Shown in pieces: positions 26,329-38,700 of a stretch of DNA of 64,000 bases; the first letter of the stretch is position 1; each line of letters starts with the position of its first letter. Source of the DNA: Utricularia gibba (Eukaryota > Plantae > Magnoliophyta); contig NEEC01000002.1 of NCBI GenBank assembly GCA_002189035.1, positions 6,758,881 through 6,822,880 of the forward strand, read 5' to 3'. Below the pieces are notes generated by a model that was given only the letters and a program-made list of their open reading frames with translations, had not been told where the DNA came from and ran no database searches. The position numbers and the translations under genes were made by a program.

Positions 26329-26677
26329 CTAAGTTGCGGTGCAGAGCAAGCGGCCGCTGGTGTTGTAGATTCTGCAGCCGGCGGCCGGAGCCAGGCAGCA
26401 GTTACAGACCGGCGTGAGGCGCTGATTTCCCGTCCCCGGGCAAGTCATGTAACCAAGAAACGCATAGCAGAACTCGGGGCAACCTCTGGGTCTCCCGGGA
26501 GTTTGTGCGGACACCGCTGCAACACACACTGCCCAACACAGGAAGAAAAAGAACAACAACAGAGAAACCCCCATTAACCAACCTATAGAAAAAGGAGGAG
26601 AACACAATTGAGCCGCAAATGAGCTTACCCAGAAGGAGAAGAACGCAACGTGCGAAGCCAGATGCTGCGAACGCCAT
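26329..26677 (-). CDS. Single-domain potato type II (Pin-II) proteinase inhibitor, copy 1
   Basis: Exon 1 26677-26629 (49 nt, signal peptide), phase-1 intron, exon 2 26516-26329. Mature region CPEFC...YMTCPGTG...CNCCLAPAAGCRIY...LLC has 8 Cys in Pin-II spacing. Confidence 0.9.
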
Positions 26678-26726
26678 CTTCGTTGATCTGATGATTGATG
26701 GATCTTCCCCTGCGCCACCCTTCTTC

Positions 26727-26734
26727 TATTTATA
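26727..26734 (-). promoter_or_regulatory. TATA box of Pin-II copy 1
   Basis: TATAAATA on the minus strand, 50 nt upstream of the ATG at 26677. Confidence 0.6.
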
Positions 26735-26990
26735 CTCATCATTACCTTCTCCGAAAATAGTTAAAAACATGCATAGATTAGTCAAAGAAGAAACATTATT
26801 ATTTTTTATTTCTGAGGCGGTCAGTCTGGATAAGAAGAAAAGACGAAGATGACGAAGTGGAAGCCATGGGAACAGGCGAAGTTTCAGACAATGTCACCGT
26901 CGATTTGTTTGACTGTCCGAAGGCTCGCAAGTATAAGTGCGTTACATGGCTTAGGGCAAACTCACCACACCCAATTCCTCCATACACCCG

Positions 26991-27315
26991 ATGGCATCCC
27001 TCTCTGCACGTCTCGGCCTGTGCGCTCTTCTGATCATGGGTAAGTTTACTCATTCAGCTGATGCAGTTGTAGCAACTTGAGACCTAATGTGTTTACTCTT
27101 GTGGGCTGGCAGCGGTTTTCGCGTTCGAACTCGACGTGGTGTCGGGGAGAGAGAACAACTGCCTCCAGTTCTGCTATGACGACGCTGCGTACATGACTTG
27201 CCCCTCCACCGGCGCCCAGAGGCTCTCGCCGGCCTGCAACTGCTGCCTGGCGAATGAAGATGGGTGCAGCATTTACGACAACAATGGCGGCTTGCTTTGC
27301 ACCGACTCCCCTTGA
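26991..27315 (+). CDS. Single-domain Pin-II proteinase inhibitor, copy 2 (missed by the ORF track)
   Basis: Exon 1 26991-27039 (49 nt; MASLSARLGLCALLIMG), exon 2 27113-27315 (AVFAFELDVVSGRENNCLQFCYDDAAYMTCPSTGAQRLSPACNCCLANEDGCSIYDNNGGLLCTDSP*); 8 Cys. Confidence 0.9.
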
Positions 27316-27872
27316 GACAGAACCTCGATCCTGAACCCAATGGAATCATTGTTATGCATGTTGATTGTTTGTTGATCTTCGTAATAAAGTCTTTGATTGT
27401 TCTGAACCTCCATTTTGAATCCCGTTTTCTTCTCCAATGGATTCGTGTTTCGGCCCCAAGAGCATGCGTTAAACCAAGCAAGGAACGATTTTCTTCAAGT
27501 GACGAAAACCAGAAGAAAGCGTATTCACAATGGGAACAGCACAAGCACTGCGTATCCACGACTCTTGTACGCAGACAAACAGTGAACCTAAACCGGTGCA
27601 GCAGTTGGAACTCGGGATTCATGGAACGGCAGAAAATGCCCCATGAAGGGAACTCTACCGTCTCATGCATGAGGAGGGTAAAGTATTACAATAATGAAAT
27701 TAAATTAAAATAATTAAGTATATAATAAATTATATATCATTAATAATTGATTAGATCTATTTTTTTTAATGAAATCTATATTTTTTGTATATTAGGATTT
27801 TGCATGTCTTTGCTTGATGTATCAAGTCTCTAATTTCAGTAAGAATAATTTCAAACATCTATATATGCGGAT

Positions 27873-27888
27873 AGAGAGAGAGAGAGAG
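27873..27888 (+). repeat. (AG)8 microsatellite
   Basis: Read directly from the sequence. Confidence 0.85.
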
Positions 27889-28689
27889 TTACAAACACAC
27901 GAACTTTCAAAAATTTTAATATTCTTATAAATCTTGAATATATATATTTTTTTGCAAAATAGGGGGATATTGCGCATTCTTATAATGATGAAGAACTATC
28001 CATTCTTGTTGAATTTAAGAATTTTACATAACATCCAAATACATAAAAAATGTAACTCAAATTAAAAGATATTAAACCCAATTGATTACTAATAATCTAT
28101 AATATAATCAACATTATAGATATATTATCTATAAACACAATATTATAAGCATTATCAAACTTCCATATAGAGGCATAGAGATTAAGTGTTCTCTAGAATA
28201 TAAATGTATCTTCCACCAAACTTTCGAAAAAAGTTGAGAAATCACATTTTATGTGCCCACAAGAATTATTTAAGGTAGATATATTGTTAGATATGAAATT
28301 GATATTTTAAAATATTCACCACACCTTTGTGGGCAAAGCTTATCATAGTGCCTTGATGGTAGACAATTCTCCTATAAACTCATGGGGCCCACTCTTGGTG
28401 GGGCCTACCTACTCGCCCAAAATAGTATCTTTCCAACCTCTCGTTCCGTGGTCTTGTTTGGTGGATGCATCGAGAAACACCTTATCCTCCGGCGACGTGT
28501 AACTGCGGAATTTTCCTCCACGAGTTCCTCGTTTCCAGATCGATTATTTATTGTTTATCGCTTCCGGGAGTTGTTTTCTTGTGTGGATTTTTCAGACAGA
28601 TGGTTGCCCAGTGGGAACGATTTCCTTGCTTAGACTTTTCCGATCAGAAATCGGCATCGTGCCGTCGGCTTCATCGGACTGCCCTCATC

Positions 28690-28696
28690 TATAAAA
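28690..28696 (+). promoter_or_regulatory. TATA box of Pin-II copy 3
   Basis: TATAAAA about 45-50 nt upstream of the ATG at 28740. Confidence 0.6.
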
Positions 28697-28739
28697 GCTC
28701 GAAATCCTGAGTCCTGAAACCACCCAGAGCTCCCCCAAG

Positions 28740-29088
28740 ATGGCATCCTCCTCCACACGTCTCTGCTTTTGCGCTTTCCTCATCCTTGGTACTGCACACT
28801 AACCTCTATCTAATCAGGTTTTCCGCTTGAGTTCGATCAATGGAACTAACGGGTGTTCTTTTTTTGTCTGTCTTTTCCTGTTGGTGACGAACAGCGGTCT
28901 TGGCTCAGGAATTCGACGTCGCAGCAGCGCAAAGGGTGTGCCCCCAGTTCTGCTTCGAGAATCGTGGCTACATGACGTGCCCCTCCACCGGCTTCCGGAG
29001 GCTCCCGCCGGCATGCAACTGCTGCGTGGCGCGCGAGCGCGGATGCAGGATTTACGACACCAGAAGCCGCTTGCTTTGCCGCGACTAA
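28740..29088 (+). CDS. Single-domain Pin-II proteinase inhibitor, copy 3
   Basis: Exon 1 28740-28788 (49 nt; MASSSTRLCFCAFLILG), exon 2 28895-29088 (AVLAQEFDVAAAQRVCPQFCFENRGYMTCPSTGFRRLPPACNCCVARERGCRIYDTRSRLLCRD*); 8 Cys. Confidence 0.9.
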
Positions 29089-29704
29089 GGATCCCAGCCA
29101 TCCTTCTTGTCTTGGATTCAACAAATAATGCAATAATAAGGTGCTGTGCCCTAAGTTCCTCGTCCTCCCTGTAACCGTACTGTACTGTCGTCTTTGAAGC
29201 TCGAATCTGAAGTTCAGCGTCACCTCAGTTGCTTTCTATAATGATAAAAAATAATTATGCAAATCATGAACAAAATATTAAATTAAATTAAATTAAATCA
29301 TAAAATATATTGACTATATTTATTGGATTTTTCATAAATTAGAATCTTTAAAAAATTACTACGAATGGAACCATTATATATAAATAAATATACCCAGGAT
29401 ATTACAAACTTACCTACTACTATATCTTTTTAATTTTATATTTTTATTTATTAAATATAAATATATATATATATAAATGATATGTTCCTTTTCTGAGCCA
29501 GTTTGTCGTTTCTCGGAAAATGAATTAAAAAAAAAAAGGAAAATGGCGTTTGTCGTGGTTCGTCGGGAAGCGTCAGCGTAGCACCGGATAGCGGCATTAG
29601 GAAAGCATCAATGCCGAGAGAAGAGATCGATGTTGAGCCATGGAGGGAAAATGTGGTATTTGCGTTGCTCATCCTCACCCCCAATTGACCCCACAATCCT
29701 CTCC

Positions 29705-32700
29705 GCACAACCTCATGGTGACCGCGTGCATCTTTGGATATCTAGTCGATATCTTGCAAACTGTGATAATTCACGTCGCACACGACACACAGTTTCAAAG
29801 CTCGTTCCGAGCTTGCCATCTTTCGTGTTGAGAACTTGTTCGTCCGAGGATGGATAAATGCTCGAAAGATTGACTTATATTAGCCTTGAGTTGTGCAACG
29901 AAGTGGCCACCACGTTCGCGACGATGCGACTCGGGACATCCGACTCGATGCAAATGTGATTTTCGGTATGCAAAACATATGTATTTCATGAGACGATGTG
30001 AAATTTCAAATATCGAGATGATCATTTAAGATGCTATGGGCGTGTGGCTAGCCACAACCTCATGGTGGCCTCGTGCACTGTTCGGTATTGGGTTGATATC
30101 TTGCAAATGATGATGAGTCATGTTGCACATCGCATACCGTTTCGAAGCTCGTTCCGAGCCGGTCTTCTTTCGTGTGGAGAACTTGCTCGTCCGAGGAGGC
30201 ACAAATGCTCGAAAGATTACCTTATACAAGCCTTCAGATGTGCAACGAAGTGGCCACCACATTCGCGACGATGCGACTCGGAACACCCGACTCGATGCGA
30301 ATGTGATTTTCGGCATGCAAGACATATGTATTTCATGGGACGATGTGAAATTTTTGATTTCGAGATGATCATTTAAGGGTGTGTCCCTAGCCACAACCTC
30401 ATGGTGGCCTCGTGCACTCTTCGGTATCGAGTGGATATCTTGCGAACGATGATGAGTCATGTTGCGCATAGCATACCGTTTCGAAGCTCGTTCCGAGCCG
30501 GTCTTCTTTCGTGTTGAGAACTTGTTCGTCCGAGGCTGCACAAATGCTCGAAAGATTGCCTCATATTAGCCTTCAGATGTGCAACGAAGTGGCCACCACA
30601 TTCGCGAAAATGTGACTCGGGACACCTGACTCGATGCGAATGTGATTTTTGACATGCAAGACGTATGTATTTCATGTGACGATGTGAAATTTCGGATTTC
30701 GAGATGATCATTTAAGATGCCATGGGTGTGTGGCTAGCCACAACCTCATGGTGGCCTCGTGCACTCTTCGGTATCGAGTGGATATCTTGCGAACGGTGAT
30801 GAGTCATGTTGCACATATCATACCGTTTCGAAGCTCGTTCCGAGCCGGTCTTCTTTCGTGTTGAGAACTTGTTCGTCCGAGGCTGCACAAATGCTCAAAA
30901 GATTGCCTTGTATTAGCCTTCAGATGTGCAACGAAGTGCCACCACATTCGCGAAAATGTGACTCGGGATACCTGACTCGATGCGAATGTGATTTTTGACA
31001 TGCAAGACGTATGTATTTCATGTGACGATGTGAAATTTCGGATTTCGAGATGATCATTTAAGATGCCATGGGTGTGTGGCTAGCCACAACCTCATGGTGG
31101 CCTCGTGCACTCTTCGGTATCGAGTGGATATCTTGCGAACAGTGATGAGTCATGTTGCACATATCATACCGTTTCGAAGCTCGTTCCGAGCCGGTCTTCT
31201 TTCGTGTTGAGAACTTGTTCGTCCGAGGCTGCACAAATGCTCGAAAGATTGCCTTATATTAGCCTTCAGATGTGCAACGAAGTGGCCACCACATTCGCGA
31301 AAATGTGACTCGGGACACCTGACTCGATGCGAATGTGATTTTTGACATGCAAGACGTATGTATTTCATGGACGATGTGAAATTTTGGATTTCGAGATGAT
31401 CATTTAAGGGTGTGTCCCTAGCCACCACCTCATGGTGGCCTCGTGCACTCTTCGGTATCGAGTGGATATCTTGCGAACGGTGATGAGTCATGTTGCACAT
31501 ATCATACCGTTTCGAAGCTCGTTCCGAGCCGGTCTTCTTTCGTGTTGAGAACTTGTTCGTCCGAGGCTGCACAAATGCTCGAAAGATTGCCTTATATTAG
31601 CCTTCAGATGTGCAACGAAGTGGCCACCACATTCGCGAAAATGTGACTCGGGACACCTGACTCGATGCGAATGTGATTTTTGACATGCAAGACGTATGTA
31701 TTTCATGTGACGATGTGAAATTTCGGATTTCGAGATGATCATTTAAGATGCCATGGGTGTGTGGCTAGCCACAACCTCATGGTGGCCTCGTGCACTCTTC
31801 GGTATCGAGTGGATATCTTGCGAACGTGATGAGTCATGTTGCACATATCATACCGTTTCGAAGCTCGTTCCGAGCCGGTCTTCTTTCGTGTTGAGAACTT
31901 GTTCGTCCGAGGCTGCACAAATGCTCGAAAGATTGCCTTATATTAGCCTTCAGATGTGCAACGAAGTGGCCACCACATTCGCGAAAATGTGACTCGGGAC
32001 ACCTGACTCGATGCGAATGTGATTTTTGACATGCAAGACGTATGTATTTCATGTGACGATGTGAAATTTCGGATTTCGAGATGATCATTTAAGATGCCAT
32101 GGGTGTGTGGCTAGCCACAACCTCATGGTGGCCTCGTGCACTCTTCGGTATCGAGTGGATATCTTGCGAACGTGATGAGTCATGTTGCACATATCATACC
32201 GTTTCGAAGCTCGTTCCGAGCCGGTCTTCTTTCGTGTTGAGAACTTGTTCGTCCGAGGCTGCACAAATGCTCGAAAGATTGCCTTATATTAGCCTTCAGA
32301 TGTGCAACGAAGTGGCCACCACATTCGCGAAAATGTGACTCGGGACACCTGACTCGATGCGAATGTGATTTTTGACATGCAAGACGTATGTATTTCATGG
32401 ACGATGTGAAATTTGGATTTCGAGATGATCATTTAAGGGTGTGTCCCTAGCCACCACCTCATGGTGGCCTCGTGCACTCTTCGGTATCGAGTGGATATCT
32501 TGCGAACGGTGATGAGTCATGTTGCACATATCATACCGTTTCGAAGCTCGTTCCGAGCCGGTCTTCTTTCGTGTTGAGAACTTGTTCGTCCGAGGCTGCA
32601 CAAATGCTCGAAAGATTGCCTTATATTAGCCTTCAGATGTGCAACGAAGTGGCCACCACATTCGCGAAAATGTGACTCGGGACACCTGACTCGATGCGAA

Positions 32701-35700
32701 TGTGATTTTTGACATGCAAGACGTATGTATTTCATGGGACGATGTGAAATTTGGGATTTCGAGATGATCATTTAAGGGTGTGTCCCTAGCCACCACCTCA
32801 TGGTGGCCTCGTGCACTCTTCGGTATCGAGTGGATATCTTGCGAACGGTGATGAGTCATGTTGCACATATCATACCGTTTCGAAGCTCGTTCCGAGCCGT
32901 CTTTTTCGTGTGGAGAACTTGTTCGTCCGAGGCTGCACAAATGCTCGAAAGATTGCCTTATATTAGCTTCAGATGTGCAACGAAGTGGCCACCACATTCG
33001 CGAAAGTGTGACTCGGGACACCTGACTCGATGCGAATGTGATTTTTGACATGCAAGACGTATGTATTTATGGGACGATGTGAAATTTTGGATTTCGAGAT
33101 GATCATTTAAGATGCCATGGTGTGTGGCTAGCCACAACCTCATGGTGGCCTCGTGCACTCTTCGGTATCGAGTGGATATCTTGCGAACGGTGATGAGTCA
33201 TGTTGCACATATCATACCGTTTCGAAGCTCGTTCCGAGCCGGTCTTCTTTCGTGTTGAGAACTTGTTCGTCCGAGGCTGCACAAATGCTCGAAAGATTGC
33301 CTTATATTAGCCTTCAGATGTGCAACGAAGTGGCCACCACATTCGCGAAAATGTGACTCGGGACACCTGACTCGATGCGAATGTGATTTTTGACATGCAA
33401 GACGTATGTATTTCATGTGACGATGTGAAATTTCGGATTTCGAGATGATCATTTAAGATGCCATGGGTGTGTGGCTAGCCACAACCTCATGGTGGCCTCG
33501 TGCACTCTTCGGTATCGAGTGGATATCTTGCGAACGGTGATGAGTCATGTTGCACATAGCATACCGTTTCGAAGCTCGTTCCGAGCCGGTCTTCTTTCGT
33601 GTTGAGAACTTGTTTGTCCGAGGAGGCACAAATGCTCGAAATAGCCTTATATAAGCTTAAGATGTGCAACGAAGTGGCCACCACATTCGCGAAAATGTGA
33701 CTCGGGACACCTGACTCGATGCGAATGTGATTTTTGACATGCAAGACGTATGTATTTCATGGGACGATGTGAAATTTGGATTTCGAGATGATCATTTAAG
33801 ATGCCATGGGTGTGTGGCTAGCCACAACTCATGGTGGCCTCGTGCACTGTTCGGTATTGAGTGGATATCTTGCAAATGGTGATGAGTCATGTTGCACATA
33901 GCATACCGTTTCGAAGCTCGTTCCGAGCCGGTCTTCTTTCGTGTTGAGAACTTGTTTGTCCGAGGAGGCACAAATGCTCGAAAGATGCCTTATATAGCTT
34001 CAGATGTGCAACGAAGTGGCCACCACATTCGCGAAAATGTGACTCGGGACACCTGACTCGATGCGAATGTGATTTTTGACATGCAAGACGTATGTATTTC
34101 ATGGGACGATGTGAAATTTTGATTTCGAGATGATCATTTAAGGGTGTGTCCCTAGCCACAACCTCATGTGGCCTCGTGCACTCTTCGGTATCGAGTGGAT
34201 ATCTTGCGAACGGTGATGAGTCATGTTGCACATATCGTACCGTTTCGAAGCTCGTTCCGAGCCGGTCTTCTTTCGTGTTAGAACTTGTTCGTCCGAGGCT
34301 GCACAAATGCTCGAAATATTGCCTTATATTAGCCTTCAGATGTGCAACGAAGTGGCCACCACATTCGCGAAAATGTGATTCGGGACACCTGACTCGATGC
34401 GAATGTGATTTTTGACATGCAAGACGTATGTATTTCATGGACGATGTGAAATTTGGGATTTCGAGATGATCATTTAAGGGTATGTCCCTAGCCACCACCT
34501 CATGGGGCCTCGTGCACTCTTCGGTATCCAGTGGATATCTTGCGAACGGTGATGAGTCATGTTGCACATATCATACCGTTTCGAAGCTCGTTCCGAGCCA
34601 GTCTTTTTTCGTGTGGAGAACTTGTTCGTCCGAGGCTGCACAAATGCTCGAAAGATTGCCTTATATTAGCCTTCAGATGTGCAACGAAGTGGCCACACAT
34701 TCGCGAAAATGTGACTCGGGACACCTGACTCGATGCGAATGTGATTTTTGACATGCAAGACGTATGTATTTCATGGACGATGTGAAATTTCGGATTTCGA
34801 GATGATCATTTAAGATGCCATGGGTGTGTGGCTAGCCACAACCTCATGGTGGCCTCGTGCACTGTTCGGTATGAGTGGATATCTTGCAAATGGTGATGAG
34901 TCATGTTGCACATAGCATACCGTTTCGAAGCTCGTTCCGAGCCAGTCTTCTTTCGTGTTGAGAACTTGTTTGTCCGAGGAGCACAAATGCTCGAAGATAG
35001 CCTTATATAAGCTTAAGATGTGCAACGAAGTGGCCAGCACATTCGCGAAAATGTGACTCGGGACACCTGACTCGATGCGAATGTGATTTTTGACATGCAA
35101 GACGTATGTATTTCATGGGACGATGTGAAATTTGGATTTCGAGATGATCATTTAAGATGCCATGAGCCACAACTCATGGTGGCCTCGTGCACTGTTCGGT
35201 ATTGAGTGGATATCTTGCAAACGGTGATGAGTCATGTTGCACATAGCATACCGTTTCGAAGCTCGTTCCGAGCCGGTCTTCTTTCGTGTTGAGAACTTGT
35301 TTGTCCGAGGAGGCACAAATGCTCGAAAGATAGCCTTATATAAGGCTTAGATGTGCAACGAAGTGGCCACCACATTCGCGAAAATGTGACTCGGGACACC
35401 TGACTCGATGCGAATGTGATTTTTGACATGCAAGACGTATGTATTTCATGGGACGATGTGAAATTTGGGATTTCGAGATGATCATTTAAGATGCCATGGG
35501 TGTGTGGCTAGCCACAACTTCATGGTGGCCTCGTGCACTGTTCGGTATTGAGTGGATATCTTGCAAATGGTGATGAGTCATGTTGCACATAGCATACCGT
35601 TTCGAAGCTCGTTCCGAGCCGGTCTTCTTTCGTGTTGAGAACTTGTTTGTCCGAGGAGCACAAATGCTCGAAAGATAGCCTTATATAAGGCTTAAGATGT

Positions 35701-38700
35701 GCAACGAAGTGGCCACCACATTCGCGAAAATGTGACTCGGGACACCTGACTCGATGCGAATGTGATTTTTGACATGCAAGACGTATGTATTTCATGGGAC
35801 GATGTGAAATTTTGGAGATGTTCGACGAATCGTGGCCAACCACATTAGCGAAACCACCTCACTGGTGGACCTCACCTGACACTCTTCGGTGCGATCGATG
35901 TGATATTTTCTGCAAGAACAAGACGTCATGTATATCATGGGACGTGTGAAATAGCTCGTTGGAGCCGGTCTTCTTTCGTGTTGAGAACTTGTTCGTCCGA
36001 GGCTGCACAAATGCTCGGGTGTGTGCCTTACTATTGGAGGCTCAGTGATGTGCAACGAAGTCGGCCACCACGGATATCTTGCGAACGGTGATGAGTCATG
36101 TTGCACATATCATACCGTTTCGAAGCTCGTTCCGAGCCGGTCTTCTTTCGTGTTGAGAACTTGTTCGTCCGAGGCTGCACAAATGCTCGAAAGATTGCCT
36201 TATTAGCTTCAGATGTGCAACGAAGTGGCCACCACATTCGCGAAATGTGACTCGGGATGACTCGATGCGAATGTGATTTTTGACATGCAAGACGTATGTA
36301 TTTCATGGACGATGTGAAATTTCGGATTTCGAGATGATCATTTATTTGTGTGAGCGGTGGCCTCGTGCACTCTTCGGTATCGAGTGGATATCTTGCGAAC
36401 GGTGATGAGTCATGTTGCACATATCATACCGTTTCGAAGCTCGTTCCGAGCCGGTCTTCTTTCGTGTTGAGAACTTGTTCGTCCGAGCTGCACAAATGCT
36501 CGAAAGATTGCCTTATATTAGCCTTCAGATGTGCAACGAAGTGGCCACCACATTCGCGAAAATGTGACTCGGGACACCTGACTCGATGCGAATGTGATTT
36601 TTGACATGCAAGACGTATGTATTTCATGGGACGATGTGAAATTTTGGAGATGATCATCGCCAGGTGGCCTCGTGCACTCTTCGGTATCGAGTGGATATCT
36701 TGCGAACGGTGATGAGTCATGTTGCACATATCATACCGTTTCGAAGCTCGTTCCGAGCCGGTCTTCTTTCGTGTTGAGAACTTGTTCGTCCGAGGCTGCA
36801 CAAATGCTCGAAAGATTGCCTTATATTAGCCTTCAGATGTGCAACGAAGTGGCCACCACATTCGCGAAATGTGACTCGGGACACCTGACTCGATGCGAAT
36901 GTGATTTTTGACATGCAAGACGTATGTATTTCATGGGACGATGTGAAATTTTGGATGATTCGAGATGATCATTTAAGGGTGTGTCCCTAGCCACCACCTC
37001 ATGGTGGCCTCGTGCACTCTTCGGTATCGAGTGGATATCTTGCGAACGGTGATGAGTCATGTTGCACATATCATACCGTTTCGAAGCTCGTTCCGAGCCG
37101 GTCTTCTTTCGTGTTGAGAACTTGTTCGTCCGAGGCTGCACAAATGCTCGAAAGATTGCCTTATATTAGCCTTCAGATGTGCAACGAAGTGGCCACCACA
37201 TTCGCGAAAATGTGACTCGGGACACCTGACTCGATGCGAATGTGATTTTTGACATGCAAGACGTATGTATTTCATGGGACGATGTGAAATTTTGGATTTC
37301 GAGATGATCATTTAAGATGGGTGTGTCCCTAGCCACACCTCATGGTGGCCTCGTGCACTCTTCGGTATCGAGTGGATATCTTGCGAACGGTGATGAGTCA
37401 TGTTGCACATATCATACCGTTTCGAAGCTCGTTCCGAGCCGGTCTTCTTTCGTGTTGAGAACTTGTTCGTCCGAGGCTGCACAAATGCTCGAAAGATTGC
37501 CTTATATTAGCCTTCAGATGTGCAACGAAGTGGCCACCACATTCGCGAAATGTGACTCGGGACACCTGACTCGATGCGAATGTGATTTTTGACATGCAAG
37601 ACGTATGTATTTCATGGGACGATGTGAAATTTTGGATTTCGAGATGATCATTTAAGGGTGTGTCCCTAGCCACCACCTCATGGTGGCCTCGTGCACTCTT
37701 CGGTATCGAGTGGATATCTTGCGAACGGTGATGAGTCATGTTGCACATATCATACCGTTTCGAAGCTCGTTCCGAGCCGGTCTTCTTTCGTGTTGAGAAC
37801 TTGTTCGTCCGAGGCTGCACAAATGCTCGAAAGATTGCCTTATATTAGCCTTCAGATGTGCAACGAAGTGGCCACCACATTCGCGAAAATGTGACTCGGG
37901 ACACCTGACTCGATGCGAATGTGATTTTTGACATGCAAGACGTATGTATTTCATGGGACGATGTGAAATTTGGATTTCGAGATGATCATTTAAGGGTGTG
38001 TCCCTAGCCACCACCTCATGGTGGCCTCGTGCACTCTTCGGTATCGAGTGGATATCTTGCGAACGGTGATGAGTCATGTTGCACATATCATACCGTTTCG
38101 AAGCTCGTTCCGAGCCGGTCTTCTTTCGTGTTGAGAACTTGTTCGTCCGAGGCTGCACAAATGCTCGAAAGATTGCCTTATATTAGCCTTCAGATGTGCA
38201 ACGAAGTGGCCACCACATTCGCGAAAATGTGACTCGGGACACCTGACTCGATGCGAATGTGATTTTTGACATGCAAGACGTATGTATTTCATGGGACGAT
38301 GTGAAATTTTGGATTTCGAGATGATCATTTAAGGGTGTGTCCCTAGCCATCATGGTGGCCTCGTGCACTCTTCGGTATCGAGTGGATATCTTGCGAACGG
38401 TGATGAGTCATGTTGCACATATCATACCGTTTCGAAGCTCGTTCCGAGCCGGTCTTCTTTCGTGTTGAGAACTTGTTCGTCCGAGGCTGCACAAATGCTC
38501 GAAAGATTGCCTTATATTAGCCTTCAGATGTGCAACGAAGTGGCCACCACATTCGCGAAAATGTGACTCGGGACTCGATGCCATTATGGACCCCGAACGG
38601 TGACAGCATCGTCACATATCATACGTTTCGAAGCTCGTTCCGAGCCGGTCTTCTTTCGTGTTGAGAACTTGTTCGTCCGAGGCTGCACAAATGCTCGAAA

